Of a DNA stretch of 64,000 nt, positions 1 through 10,270 are shown piece after piece. Numbering within the stretch: the stretch's first letter is position 1; the number at the start of each line of letters is the position of its first letter. Source of the DNA: Candidatus Bathyarchaeia archaeon (GTDB lineage Archaea > Thermoproteota > Bathyarchaeia > Bathyarchaeales > Bathycorpusculaceae). Below the pieces are notes generated by a model. The model ran no database searches. It saw nothing but the letters and a program-made list of their open reading frames with translations, and was not told the DNA's origin. Made by a program: the position numbers and the translations under genes. The DNA lies in NCBI GenBank assembly GCA_038882955.1, contig JAVZNC010000004.1, forward strand, positions 96,001-160,000, in the 5' to 3' direction.

Positions 1-2
1 CC

Positions 3-1520
3 GTAAAAATTGACCCGTACGTGAATGTTGACGCTGGAACAATGAACCCCTACATGCACGGAGAAGTTTACGTCACTGATGATGGCGGCGAAACAGACCT
101 TGACCTTGGCTGGTACGAGCGCTTTTTGGATTTGAGTCTTCGAAAGGACAATAACATTACGACGGGCTTGGTTTACAAGGCTGTCATCGAAAAAGAGCGT
201 AAAGGCGACTTTCTAGGAAGATGCGTCCAAATCGTGCCGCATGTGACAAACGAAATTAAAAGTCGTATCCGCGCTGTTGCAAAGCACACCGACGTGGATG
301 TTGTCTTAACAGAGGTTGGCGGAACAGTAGGTGACATTGAAGGCTTGCCGTTCCTAGAGGCTATACGCCAAATGCGCTTGGAAGAAGGATATGAGAACAC
401 GCTTTACGTTCACGTTGCCCTAGTTCCAATATTGGACGTTACAAAGGAAATGAAAACCAAGCCTCTCCAGCACAGCGTAAACGAGTTAAGGCGCATAGGC
501 ATTCAGCCCGACGTAATAGTTGCGAGATGCTCCGAAATGATAGATTCTGAAGCGCTGCACAAAATAGCATTGTTCGGCACAATACCAGAAAACGCCGTTT
601 TCTGCTCACACAACGTCGAAACAATCTATCAAGTACCACTAATTTTGGACGAGCAAGGCATGGGCGAATTCATATGCAAAAGGCTTGGATTCCCACAGCG
701 CAAACCAGACTATGGCGAATGGAAAAGCTTTGTTGACGCAATACTTCAGCCAAAATACGAAGTAAAAATAGCCCTCGTCGGGAAATACGCTGGATTAGCA
801 GACAGTTACGTGAGCATGAATGAGGCGTTGCGTCATGCTGGTGCCGCCTGCAAAGCGAAGGTTTGCATAAGCTACATTGAAGCTGAAAACTTTGAAAAGA
901 ATCCCAAGGACGTGGAAAAACTCAGGGAGTATGATGGGATATTTGTGCCCTACGGTTTTGGTCCAAGGGGCACGGAGGGAAAAATAATGGCGATAAGGTT
1001 TGCAAGGGAGAACAACATTCCGTTTCTCGGCATATGCTACGGTTTCCAACTTGCTGTTGTCGAATTCGCGAGATACGTGTGCGGCTTAAAGGATGCGAGC
1101 AGTACTGAAATTAACCCTTCAACGCCCCATCCAGTAATCGACCTTATGCCAGAACAGCGGGGAATCGAAATTAAGGGGGCGACAATGCGGCTAGGCGCAC
1201 ACAAAATAATTGTTAAGCCATGCACGACCGCGTATGCCCTTTACAAAAGCGAGGAAATTTATGAACGACACCGCCACAGATTCGAGGTAAACCTTGACTA
1301 TATGGAAACCTTTGAAAAGAATGGCTTAATATTTTCTGGAAAAAGCGCTGATGGAAGGCGCATGGAAATCCTTGAGTTGCCAACGCACTTCTTCTTTTTC
1401 GCTTCGCAATTCCACGGGGAATTCAAAAGCCGCCCTGGAAGACCAGACCCAGAGTATTACGGCTTTGTTAAAGCGTGCTTAGATAAAAAGTTGGGCAAGT
1501 CTAAGCCCGATTTTCAGTAA
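3..1520 (+). CDS. pyrG: CTP synthase (5'-truncated by window edge)
   Basis: KIDPYxNVDAGTM, ETDLDLG and [10 protein letters not shown] synthase motifs; GATase GICYG and SQFHGE; frame open to the window start. Confidence 0.97.
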   Translation, partial: VKIDPYVNVDAGTMNPYMHGEVYVTDDGGETDLDLGWYERFLDLSLRKDNNITTGLVYKAVIEKERKGDFLGRCVQIVPHVTNEIKSRIRAVAKHTDVDVVLTEVGGTVGDIEGLPFLEAIRQMRLEEGYENTLYVHVALVPILDVTKEMKTKPLQHSVNELRRIGIQPDVIVARCSEMIDSEALHKIALFGTIPENAVFCSHNVETIYQVPLILDEQGMGEFICKRLGFPQRKPDYGEWKSFVDAILQPKYEVKIALVGKYAGLADSYVSMNEALRHAGAACKAKVCISYIEAENFEKNPKDVEKLREYDGIFVPYGFGPRGTEGKIMAIRFARENNIPFLGICYGFQLAVVEFARYVCGLKDASSTEINPSTPHPVIDLMPEQRGIEIKGATMRLGAHKIIVKPCTTAYALYKSEEIYERHRHRFEVNLDYMETFEKNGLIFSGKSADGRRMEILELPTHFFFFASQFHGEFKSRPGRPDPEYYGFVKACLDKKLGKSKPDFQ

Positions 1521-1966
1521 ACTCTATGATATGGTCTTAAAAGTTCTTCAAGAATTGAAAGCATTGTTGGAACCTTCGCCACAATGTCGCTGAAGGTTAT
1601 TATGCCAACAAGCTTGCCATCATTCATCACTGGGAGACGTTTGACGCGCTTTTTCGCCATGAGTTTGGCTGCTTCCTCGATGCTTGCGTTTTCGTTTATT
1701 GTTTGCACTGGGCTAGTCATAACTTGTCTTGCTGTTAGGGTTTCAGGCGCCAAGCATGGTTCAACAAGTCGTCTTAGGATGTCGCGTTCGGTTATTATTC
1801 CAACTGGTCTGTCTCCTTGAACAACTATTATTGAGCCTATGTCAAACTTGTTCATGGTTGCGACAACCTCTCTAACTGTTGTGTCTGGGCGCACAACCCT
1901 AACATCCTTCGACATGACGTCTCTAACCAAAACTATTCCAGCCATGCGCAATTTCGCCTCCAACAA
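1514..1966 (-). CDS. CBS-pair domain protein
   Basis: Two CBS repeats (VRDVMS...VGIITERD; VMT...LVGIIT). Confidence 0.9.
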   Translation of the reverse strand: MLEAKLRMAGIVLVRDVMSKDVRVVRPDTTVREVVATMNKFDIGSIIVVQGDRPVGIITERDILRRLVEPCLAPETLTARQVMTSPVQTINENASIEEAAKLMAKKRVKRLPVMNDGKLVGIITFSDIVAKVPTMLSILEELLRPYHRVY

Positions 1967-2037
1967 CCTCTACATTTCTATTGTGCCAATCCTCTTATTT
2001 ATTTTAATGTGCTTAAAATTAGGTACACAGCATAAGC

Positions 2038-2553
2038 TTGGAGAAAACACACATGAGCGCTGGGAAGAATGAAGCTTTTAAGAAACGCTTAGAAGAAGCT
2101 GAAAAGTACAGTGAAATCTGGGAAGTTGTTAAAGACACGGTTGAGTTTTCGCTTCACAAGCGCAGAGGCGGAATGATGCTTTTCCTCGATGATTTGCCCA
2201 TCCAGTTAGGCGCTTACCACCCAATCGGAACAAACAACATTGTCCTAAATAGGCGCCTAGTTCAAATTGTCGAGGGCGCGATTAAATCAAAGCGTGTAAT
2301 TAACGCCCTCATTTATAATCTTCTTTTGCACGAGTACCTCCACGCTCTTGGCAAGTATTCAGAATTTGAAGTTAGACAGCTTGTCTACGAAATTGCAAGA
2401 CAATGCTTCGGAGAAGAACATGTGGCAACCGCTATTGCCAAGAAGAGCCCATGGGCTTTGCTTAGCGGCATACCACTAGAAACAGTTAACATTCCAAAAA
2501 GGGTTATGGAAATCGTGAAGGATTTCGAGAAGGCAGATAGATACATAATTTGA
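2038..2553 (+). CDS. Zincin-like (HEXXH) conserved archaeal protein
   Basis: LLHEYLHALG motif. Confidence 0.6.
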   Translation: MEKTHMSAGKNEAFKKRLEEAEKYSEIWEVVKDTVEFSLHKRRGGMMLFLDDLPIQLGAYHPIGTNNIVLNRRLVQIVEGAIKSKRVINALIYNLLLHEYLHALGKYSEFEVRQLVYEIARQCFGEEHVATAIAKKSPWALLSGIPLETVNIPKRVMEIVKDFEKADRYII

Positions 2554-2603
2554 ATGCTAAAAAGAGATAAATTGGATGCCAACCCTAATTTTTATGACAG
2601 CCT

Positions 2604-3479
2604 ATGAATCTTAAGAGTGAAATTGGCGGAAACATGCCAAACAAGCTCGTTGAAGACGGAAAAGCGCTAATCAGCAAAGTTACAGTTAAACGCGATCTGA
2701 AAGAGGGCGTGTTGCATGCTGTAGATTTGATTGGCGGTTTCAGTAGGGTTATTGAAAGTGGTGATGAGGTTCTTTTAAAACCAAATTATAACAGCGCAGA
2801 TCCACCGCCAGCCTCAACGGACCCAGAATTTTTGAGAGCGTTGGTGGAGCTTCTTTACGAGCATGGCGCTGGAAGGGTTGTTGTCGGCGAATCTTCCATG
2901 CAGACGCTTTCAACGAGAAAGGTTATGGAGAAAACTGGTGCTTTGGAGAGATTAAGCGACAGCGGGGCGGAAATAGCCTTTTTCGATGAGGGTAGATGGG
3001 TTAAGGTTGAAGTTGGCGGAAAATACTTGAAAAGGGCGAGTTTGCCGGAAAGAGCCTTACGTGCTGATAAGCTTGTTTATTGTTGTTGTATGAAAACCCA
3101 TTTTAAGGCGGATTTTTCGTTTAGCCTAAAACTTGCAGTAGGCTTCTTGAAGGGAAGCGAAAGAATAGCGCTTCACCTAACGCATTTGAGGGAGAAAATC
3201 GTCGACCTAAACCTTGTGGTACGCCCAAACCTAATAATCATGGACGGAAGAAAATGCTTCATCACAGGCGGACCATTCAACGGAGAAACACGCGAGCCAA
3301 ACGTTATTCTCGCTTCTGGAGACCGCATAGCCATGGACGTCGAATCAATAAAAATAATCGAGAGTTTTAACGGCGCAGTTTTGAAGGATGACCCATGGAG
3401 CTACACACAAATAAAGCGTGCTGCTGAGCTTGGTTTGGGCGCAAAAAGTGAACAAGATTACCGAATTATCTCCGCGTGA
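2604..3479 (+). CDS. DUF362 family Fe-S protein
   Basis: VLLKPN, TDP, KTH and DRIAMD motifs typical of DUF362. Confidence 0.85.
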   Translation: MNLKSEIGGNMPNKLVEDGKALISKVTVKRDLKEGVLHAVDLIGGFSRVIESGDEVLLKPNYNSADPPPASTDPEFLRALVELLYEHGAGRVVVGESSMQTLSTRKVMEKTGALERLSDSGAEIAFFDEGRWVKVEVGGKYLKRASLPERALRADKLVYCCCMKTHFKADFSFSLKLAVGFLKGSERIALHLTHLREKIVDLNLVVRPNLIIMDGRKCFITGGPFNGETREPNVILASGDRIAMDVESIKIIESFNGAVLKDDPWSYTQIKRAAELGLGAKSEQDYRIISA

Positions 3480-3491
3480 ATAGGGATAGCG

Positions 3492-4511
3492 CTACTTTAG
3501 TTTTTCAAAGCGTATAATGTAAACAAGCTGGTTTTCGTCCCATTCCCCATAACGTTCAATCCATTTTCGCTTAAACTCGTTTAACGTGTATCCGCCTTCC
3601 CTTTTCGCGTCCTCCTCATCAAAATACTTCAACTTCTTCCTTTCCACAGCAGTAATGCGCAAATCCGCAATATGTGGCTCCCAGATGATGGCGCGGGCTA
3701 TGGCTCCAACCTTAACCTTTGGGTCTGGTGTTTCGATGCATGTGCTCTGCGTTTTAACTCCTTCGAGCAGAGGCTTCTTATCTTCAGACACGAATAGCAT
3801 CTCGAATGGTGCGCTTCTAACGTCCTCAACAATTTTTTCTATTGGCTTTTCTGGTTCAAGCGCAACCTTCTTGATTATTTCCTTTCGTTCTTTAACTGGA
3901 AGTCGCTCTTCAGCCAGCTTCCTAATAACCTCAACCTTTTTTTCCGGCTCCTTTACGGAACGACCAACAGCCACCGCCGTTTGATAATCAACCTTTCCTT
4001 CCGGCACCTGCCCAGAAATTGTTGAGGGAGCAACATACCTTTGTGCTTCTTCTGGGATAACATCAGCGGCTTGAAGCCAAAGCGAAACCGCGTTTACGCT
4101 TACGCCTATTTTTTCAGCTAGAGCTGCCTTTGATGGATATTTCTCACGGCAATTCTCTAGCAGATACTTGCAAACTTTTCCTTTCTCAACCGCGTTCAAA
4201 TCTTCGCGCTGAATATTCTCAATAAGGTTTAGCTGAACAACCTCGTCGTCGCTATACGCTCTAACAATTGCTGGAACCTTCCGTAATCCAGCCTGCTGCG
4301 AAGCCCTATAACGCCTTTCGCCAACAACAACCTCGTACTCATCTGTACCAACTGGTCTAACAATTATTGGCTCGAGAAGTCCCACTTCACGTATGCTTGA
4401 AGCCAATTCGTTGAGGCGTTCAATGTTCAATTCTAATCGCGGATTAAGCCTGCTTGGACGAATATTATTGAGCTCTATTTCCTTAACTGTTTCAGCCATG
4501 ATTTGCACCAT
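3492..4511 (-). CDS. ParB/Srx-domain protein with C-terminal ASCH domain
   Basis: NPR, GLLEPIIVR, VVGERRYRA and ENIQREDL ParB motifs, then an HTH; C-terminal GVKTQS...EDAKREGG...IRF is ASCH-like. Confidence 0.8.
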   Translation of the reverse strand: MVQIMAETVKEIELNNIRPSRLNPRLELNIERLNELASSIREVGLLEPIIVRPVGTDEYEVVVGERRYRASQQAGLRKVPAIVRAYSDDEVVQLNLIENIQREDLNAVEKGKVCKYLLENCREKYPSKAALAEKIGVSVNAVSLWLQAADVIPEEAQRYVAPSTISGQVPEGKVDYQTAVAVGRSVKEPEKKVEVIRKLAEERLPVKERKEIIKKVALEPEKPIEKIVEDVRSAPFEMLFVSEDKKPLLEGVKTQSTCIETPDPKVKVGAIARAIIWEPHIADLRITAVERKKLKYFDEEDAKREGGYTLNEFKRKWIERYGEWDENQLVYIIRFEKLK

Positions 4512-4515
4512 GCGT

Positions 4516-5070
4516 TTACAAGCCTATCTCTGAAGCTACGCTTTTCAAGCCGTTTAGGGCTATTTCAAAAAACTTTTCTCTGGGAATTCCAATCTCCTCG
4601 CAAACGAGAATCCTTTCCCTGTCAGCGCCGCGTGCAAAGTCCTTGTCCTTAAACTTTTTTGCGACGCTCTCGACTTTAACGTCAGCCAACTTTTTAGAAG
4701 GCATAACCAAAGCACAAGCCACAAGCAAACCCGAAATAGCGTCAGAAGCAATTAACGCCTTTTCCATGCGCGTTTCTGGTATAACACTTGTATGCCCAAA
4801 GTTGTGAGCTTTAACCGCCCTAATCACTTCTTCTGGCACGAGTCCCTTCAAAATTTCTTCAGCCAAAAGACCGTGCCTCTCGGGGTTAGCCTCGGTCTTC
4901 TCGTAATCCACGTCATGAAGTAAACCAACAAGTCCCCACAATTCTTCGTTTTCTCCAAAATGTTTTGCTAAGCTGCGCATTATTGCTTCAACAGCAAGCA
5001 TGTGGTAAACAACGTTACGCTTGGTAATATGTTTCTTGACAAGGTTTAATGCTTCATCACGCGTTAGCAA
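4516..5070 (-). CDS. HD-domain phosphohydrolase
   Basis: H...LLHDVDY...H...H...D metal-binding pattern. Confidence 0.9.
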   Translation of the reverse strand: MLTRDEALNLVKKHITKRNVVYHMLAVEAIMRSLAKHFGENEELWGLVGLLHDVDYEKTEANPERHGLLAEEILKGLVPEEVIRAVKAHNFGHTSVIPETRMEKALIASDAISGLLVACALVMPSKKLADVKVESVAKKFKDKDFARGADRERILVCEEIGIPREKFFEIALNGLKSVASEIGL

Positions 5071-5174
5071 GAGCTCACCCTAATCACATCATTTTTGGAG
5101 TTTATCCTTATAAACTCTCAGACACTTTTTGTGGCGGAATTGGGTAAAGTATATAATGCTGCTCAAAGTCCATT

Positions 5175-6275
5175 TTGCTTCATTGCTGGTGTAAAGCGTC
5201 GATGAATTCGCTGAAGTTTAGGCTTACTTGGAAAACTTTAATTCTGCCAATGCTTGGAGTGATTGCCTTCATCGTGTACATTTATCTCTTTAACGTGGAT
5301 ATACCAGCAATAATTAGCATAATGCAGCAAACGAACCTTTACATTTATTTTTGGGCTGCAGCCTTCCTTTTCTTGCAGACTTTCCTTTTCGCGCTTTCAT
5401 GGCGTTTTCTAGTAAATTTTCTTTCAGTTAAGCTTTCAGCTGTACGAGCATTTCTCTACGTTTGGTATGGCATTTTCGTAGACATAATCATACCAGCAGA
5501 ATCGCTAAGCGGAGAGCTTTCAAAAGTCTATTTGATTGCCAGAGAGCAAAATGGCACAAGCGGGAAGGTTGTAGCGTCGCTTGTTGCTCAGAGGTTCATT
5601 GGAATGGCGGTCAACGTAATAACATTACTTGTCGGTGTCAGCCTATTAATAGCCAAGATGCAACTGGGCGGGATAATCCTAAACTTGGCTATATTCCTAA
5701 CAATAATGATAACCGCCTTCTTGGTGATGCTGCTCCTCTTATGCGTCAAAGAGGAGTGGACCAGGAAAATCCTCGACTCAATTTTGAGGTTTGCTGAATG
5801 GATTGGGCGCGGACGCTTAAAACTGACAAAGATTAAGGAGGAAGTGGCTCAAGCTTTACGGATTTTCCATGATTCAATGAAAAGTTTTGGACGCGCATAC
5901 AAAACGCTTTTTGCATCATCAACGTTTTTTGTTGTCGCATGGATTCTAAGCCTAGCAGTGGATTACCTCATTTTTCTATCCTTAGGGTATCCTGTGCCAT
6001 GGGAAGTCATAATAGTATCCGCCTCAATCTTTGTCGCTGTGAAATCCATCCCTATAGGTGTTCCCTTCGAAATTGGATTACCAGAGATAACCATGACAAC
6101 ATTATACATTGCTTTTGGCGTAGACCCAAAAATAAGCGCAACAGTGACAATTCTAAACAGGATTTTGACTTTGTGGCTTAGGTTTTTCGTTGGGTTTGCA
6201 ATTCAAGAGTGGATTGAAATAAAGGCGATAAGGATGTTTAACCAAAGCGCAAGCGGAATGGCAGACAAAACCTAA
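5175..6275 (+). CDS. Lysylphosphatidylglycerol synthase TM / flippase-like membrane protein
   Basis: Multi-TM protein with IIPAESLSGE and IGLPE...R motifs; true start probably the ATG near 5202. Confidence 0.8.
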   Translation: MLHCWCKASMNSLKFRLTWKTLILPMLGVIAFIVYIYLFNVDIPAIISIMQQTNLYIYFWAAAFLFLQTFLFALSWRFLVNFLSVKLSAVRAFLYVWYGIFVDIIIPAESLSGELSKVYLIAREQNGTSGKVVASLVAQRFIGMAVNVITLLVGVSLLIAKMQLGGIILNLAIFLTIMITAFLVMLLLLCVKEEWTRKILDSILRFAEWIGRGRLKLTKIKEEVAQALRIFHDSMKSFGRAYKTLFASSTFFVVAWILSLAVDYLIFLSLGYPVPWEVIIVSASIFVAVKSIPIGVPFEIGLPEITMTTLYIAFGVDPKISATVTILNRILTLWLRFFVGFAIQEWIEIKAIRMFNQSASGMADKT

Positions 6276-6311
6276 ATTACACTTTAACCCTTTTTTGATT
6301 GATGTTGGCAA

Positions 6312-6764
6312 ATGCAGATAACAGTTGAAGATGCCTCTCTTAGGCATTTGGATAGACTTTACGAAATTGAAATCAAATGCTTCGAAAAGGAGGCATTCAC
6401 GAAACAGCAAATTGCCAGCCTCCTCGCAAATTATAACGCGGTAGGCTTAATTGCAAAATTGAACGGAGAGATAGTTGGTTTTGTTATTGGCATGCTATAT
6501 GCAGATGATGGCAGAATTGTTGGGCACATTTTAACCGTGGATGTCTTACCAGAACATCGCCGAAGAGGTATAGGGTTGAGGCTCTTGGAGGAAATTGAAA
6601 AGATTTTTAGGGGTAAAGGCGCAAACGTTAGCGTCTTGGAAGTTCGAGAAGACAATATTGCGGCTTTGAGGCTCTATCAGAAACTTGGATACAAGAGGGT
6701 TGCAAAGCTAAAATATTATTATGGAGACGTGCACGGCATTTTCTTGCGCAAACCTTTAACTTAG
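6312..6764 (+). CDS. rimI: RimI/Ard1-like N-acetyltransferase
   Basis: GNAT motifs RRRGIG and LEVREDNIAALRLYQKLGY. Confidence 0.85.
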   Translation: MQITVEDASLRHLDRLYEIEIKCFEKEAFTKQQIASLLANYNAVGLIAKLNGEIVGFVIGMLYADDGRIVGHILTVDVLPEHRRRGIGLRLLEEIEKIFRGKGANVSVLEVREDNIAALRLYQKLGYKRVAKLKYYYGDVHGIFLRKPLT

Positions 6765-7181
6765 CTTCAAAAGTTTCAGTTTAGTCTTTTCGTCGAATGC
6801 TCTTTGGAGAATCATATCTTTAAACTCGATTATTACTAGTTCAGCGGTTGCGCCTACAATTGAGTTTTTCATTAAGTGCCCGCCGAAGGCTTCGCATTTC
6901 TCGTTTGAAACAACAATGTGCACGTGAATTACTGTTTCACCATTTTCATCAACAGCGATGTTTCCCATGCAGGAAGCTATTTCAAGAGGTCCATTAATCC
7001 TTGTTGGGTAGTATTGTCCATCCTTGTAGAATCCGAGCACGGCTTCCTTTAAACTTCCAATTAGGGTGAACATTCCCGCTTTTACCATGCTTTCTTCGGC
7101 TCTTTTCTTGATTGCATCAGTTAAGTCCTCCCCTTCTGAAAGGCGGAAAACGCGAACTTTTCCAACACTTCCTTTTGGCAT
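6756..7181 (-). CDS. PPC/DUF296 domain protein
   Basis: EIASCMGNI, HVHIVV and GGHL motifs; start placed at MPKG. Confidence 0.85.
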   Translation of the reverse strand: MPKGSVGKVRVFRLSEGEDLTDAIKKRAEESMVKAGMFTLIGSLKEAVLGFYKDGQYYPTRINGPLEIASCMGNIAVDENGETVIHVHIVVSNEKCEAFGGHLMKNSIVGATAELVIIEFKDMILQRAFDEKTKLKLLKLS

Positions 7182-7224
7182 AATTTGCCCTTCGACATGG
7201 TTTGAAACGTAAACTCTAAAAGGC

Positions 7225-7524
7225 TTGTATGTCAAATATATTTTGTGGTGGAAATTGCGAAGTAAAAAGAAACGTGGAGAATCGCAGAGGCTTGTTAAGG
7301 CTATAGTTGTTCTCATTCGAAATACTACGTGGCGATGCGGTAAGCTTGAGAAGTCCATAGTTAGACATCTTTATGCGCGTAAAGCTGGTTTTGGAAAACC
7401 AGAGGCTCCAGTCACGGACATGATAAAAAGTTTTAACTTGTCTGGGAAAAAGCGGAACGAATTTTTAGACGCGATTAGGCGATTGGAGAGAAGGAATATA
7501 ATAAGAATCTTCGTTATGAACTAA
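7225..7524 (+). CDS. Small basic hypothetical protein (possible wHTH)
   Basis: C-terminal FLDAIRRLERRNII resembles a wHTH; start uncertain. Confidence 0.4.
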   Translation: MYVKYILWWKLRSKKKRGESQRLVKAIVVLIRNTTWRCGKLEKSIVRHLYARKAGFGKPEAPVTDMIKSFNLSGKKRNEFLDAIRRLERRNIIRIFVMN

Positions 7525-7542
7525 CCCTTTTAAGGCGATTCC

Positions 7543-8007
7543 TTAAGCTTGTTCGGTGAGTTTCTTTGCCTCGCTAATCCATCTACTAGTTATTTTCGGC
7601 GAAATTTGGAGCTTTGAGGCTAGATCCTTTGCTGAAGCCTTGGCTAGATCTTCAAGTGTGTTTATTCCAAGAGCCTTTAACTGTTCTGAACGTTTTGCCC
7701 CTATACCCTTAACCTTTGTAAGTTCAGACGTAAGCGGCATTGCTACTGGAGCAACTTCAACAGACATCTCCTTTTTCTCCTCTTGTACTGTTTCGATGGC
7801 TGGTGTTGGCGTAGGCGTTGGCGTCGGTGGTGGCGGCGCTGCTTGAGGTTTTGGTCTTTGAGTGTAGCCTAACCCTATGAATAGGAATCCAAGAACCGTC
7901 GTGGTTATTATCCACAGTTCTTTGAGTTCAAGCTGGACGAATACGACCATTAGGGTTATAATGAAAAATATTATTGCTACTGCATAAAGGGCATAGTCTG
8001 AACGCAT
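7543..8007 (-). CDS. Membrane-anchored helix-hairpin-helix protein
   Basis: Two TM helices, Pro/Thr linker, LTKVKGIG HhH motif. Confidence 0.75.
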   Translation of the reverse strand: MRSDYALYAVAIIFFIITLMVVFVQLELKELWIITTTVLGFLFIGLGYTQRPKPQAAPPPPTPTPTPTPAIETVQEEKKEMSVEVAPVAMPLTSELTKVKGIGAKRSEQLKALGINTLEDLAKASAKDLASKLQISPKITSRWISEAKKLTEQA

Positions 8008-8127
8008 GCCTTTCTTCTCCTTACCCCATCTATGTTTTGTGGAAGAGTTTAAATAATTTTCTGAATATCTGACATAAAAAGGCGGAAAATCGTCGTTTTT
8101 TACGCTTCTTTCACCTTAATTTTGGCG

Positions 8128-9510
8128 TTACTTGAGCAGCTTTTCTTCTGGCGGTGGCTTCTTTATCAACCCATGCTTCATCAGCAGCTGCACAGATTCT
8201 CTAGCATTCTGTATTATCGCAGCAGCCCTCTCGTAAAGTTCTTGCCTGCTCAGCTTAACTCTTGCCACACCTTCTTCTATGGACTTCAGCGCGCATGCAA
8301 CAGCTTCTCTTGGAAAAACTTCCCACTCCTCCATCCTTGGTAGAATGTCCTCCTCGTGCATTCCGCGTTCTTCTGCAAATTTTGCGAGCTCTTGAGCCGC
8401 GGCAATGCACATGTCATCTGTAACGGTTTTTGCCTTCACGTCTAAAACTCCACGGAAAATAGCTGGAAAGCCAAGGCTGTTGTTAACCTGATTTGGAAAG
8501 TCGCTTCTCCCAGTGGCTACTATGCGGGCTCCAGCCTCTTTTGCCTCCCAAGGCCATATTTCTGGAATCGGGTTTGCGCATGCAAAAATTATTGAGTCGT
8601 CAGCCATTGTTGAAACCCACTCCTTTTTGATTGTTCCTGGTCCCGGCTTTGACGCTGCCACTACGGCGTCTGCACCTTTGAAGGCTTCTGCTATGTCGCC
8701 TCTTCTGTTTTCGCCGTTAGTTATCTGCGAAAGTTCGTATTTCCATGGGTCATCCTCTTTTCTGATGTCCTCTCTTCCCGGGTAGATTATGCCTTTTGTG
8801 TCCACCATGATGATGTTGGCGGGTTTCATTCCCCATCTTATTAGGACGTAGGCTGTCCTTATGTTGGCTGCACCCGCTCCGATTAGGGTTATGAGGCTTT
8901 CTTTTGGTTTTTTGCCAACTATTTTAAAGGCGTTTATCAAGCCTGCAAGTATCACTGTTGCTGTGCCTTGCTGGTCGTCATGCCAAACTGGAATTTGTAG
9001 GCGTTTTCGTGCCTCTTCAAGCACGTAGAAGCATTTTGGTTTTTCAATGTCTTCTAGATTTATTCCGCCGAACGATGGTTCAATGAGCTCGCATGCACGG
9101 ATGATTTCTTCTGGATCTTTTGTTTTTAGGCATATTGGAAAGCCGTCCACACCGCCCAGGTACTTGAAGAGTAGGGCTTTTCCTTCCATTACTGGCATGG
9201 CTGCTTCTGGTCCGATGTCGCCTAAACCTAGAACGCGTGTGCCGTCTGAAACCACTGCCACATAATTCCACCTGTTTGTCAGTTCGAAGGACTTGTCTGG
9301 GTTCGCTTGGATTTCCTTGCATGGTGCGGCGACGCCTGGCGTGTACCATATTGCGAAGTCAGCGGGGCTTGTTATGGCGCATTTCGGCATAACTTGAACT
9401 TTTCCTTCGTAAAACTTGTGCATTGGTGGAGCCAGTTGCGAAGGTTTTTTTGCCTTTGCCAACAACTCCTCTACTGTGGGTTTTCTTTCCTCTTTCTTAA
9501 CTGGACACAT
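8128..9510 (-). CDS. mae: NAD(P)-dependent malic enzyme
   Basis: YTPGVA, LGLGDIG, INLEDI, HDDQQGT, GAGAA and NQVNN motifs. Confidence 0.95.
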   Translation of the reverse strand: MCPVKKEERKPTVEELLAKAKKPSQLAPPMHKFYEGKVQVMPKCAITSPADFAIWYTPGVAAPCKEIQANPDKSFELTNRWNYVAVVSDGTRVLGLGDIGPEAAMPVMEGKALLFKYLGGVDGFPICLKTKDPEEIIRACELIEPSFGGINLEDIEKPKCFYVLEEARKRLQIPVWHDDQQGTATVILAGLINAFKIVGKKPKESLITLIGAGAANIRTAYVLIRWGMKPANIIMVDTKGIIYPGREDIRKEDDPWKYELSQITNGENRRGDIAEAFKGADAVVAASKPGPGTIKKEWVSTMADDSIIFACANPIPEIWPWEAKEAGARIVATGRSDFPNQVNNSLGFPAIFRGVLDVKAKTVTDDMCIAAAQELAKFAEERGMHEEDILPRMEEWEVFPREAVACALKSIEEGVARVKLSRQELYERAAAIIQNARESVQLLMKHGLIKKPPPEEKLLK

Positions 9511-9711
9511 TATGATCTTCTCCTTTGTGAGACGTTGTGTCCTTTCTATATATTAGAGCTTTAAGGATTGCGGTTAGCTTTTCTTCGCCTCTTCCATAAT
9601 TTATGTGAAAAGAAAATTCTGATTTTGGAATATTAAAACGTAAAAAGGCGCAGCTGAAAGAAAGAAGATAAAATAATAAAATGACGGAAAATGTGGCAAC
9701 GTGTGTGTTGC

Positions 9712-10197
9712 CTAGTACCTTCTGCGGAACCCGCCTCTTCTCTCGTTTCTGCCGAAGTCTCTTCTTCCGCGTCCTCTGAATGGGCGTCTCTGCTGTTCGT
9801 AAACCTTGTTTGACATGTTGTTTTCAGTGTTGACTTCAACGGCTAATGCTTCTTTTGCAACTTCCAATGTGCCGAACCTTCCAACGTTTAGGCGCATGTT
9901 ACCCTTAAAAAGCGTCACGTAGCCATTGCCTATATTTACCGTGTCGCCTTCATGCACTTTTTCAATGTTGTCGTCCCAAAGCGTCAAGTAAACGCATCCT
10001 GTTTCGTCGCCTATCAGTGCGTCGCAGACACGGTGTGGTGCTCCATCCCTTCCAGCGGCTATGTTGCGTATGTCACTTTTTGAAACAACTTTTGCTTTTA
10101 CGTTAACTGCCCTTGAGGCGGGACTTAACTCGGCTATTTTCACGTCTACTGGTTGTCTACTTCCTGAAAAACTTTCAATAGCCAAACCTTTCAACAC
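9712..10197 (-). CDS. ssb: Single-stranded DNA-binding protein (single OB fold with Arg/Gly tail)
   Basis: GDETG..LTLW OB fold plus RG-rich C-terminal tail, crenarchaeal type. Confidence 0.88.
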   Translation of the reverse strand: MLKGLAIESFSGSRQPVDVKIAELSPASRAVNVKAKVVSKSDIRNIAAGRDGAPHRVCDALIGDETGCVYLTLWDDNIEKVHEGDTVNIGNGYVTLFKGNMRLNVGRFGTLEVAKEALAVEVNTENNMSNKVYEQQRRPFRGRGRRDFGRNERRGGFRRRY

Positions 10198-10270
10198 CTA
10201 CATAGTATAACAGACAAAAAATAACGGGCTTAAACACTTAAGGCTTTTGGTCAAGGTTTTGAAATATCGT

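Noticed and set aside
7800-7842. GC-rich GGY/GTTGGC repeats
   Set aside because: They simply encode the Pro/Thr linker of the HhH protein.
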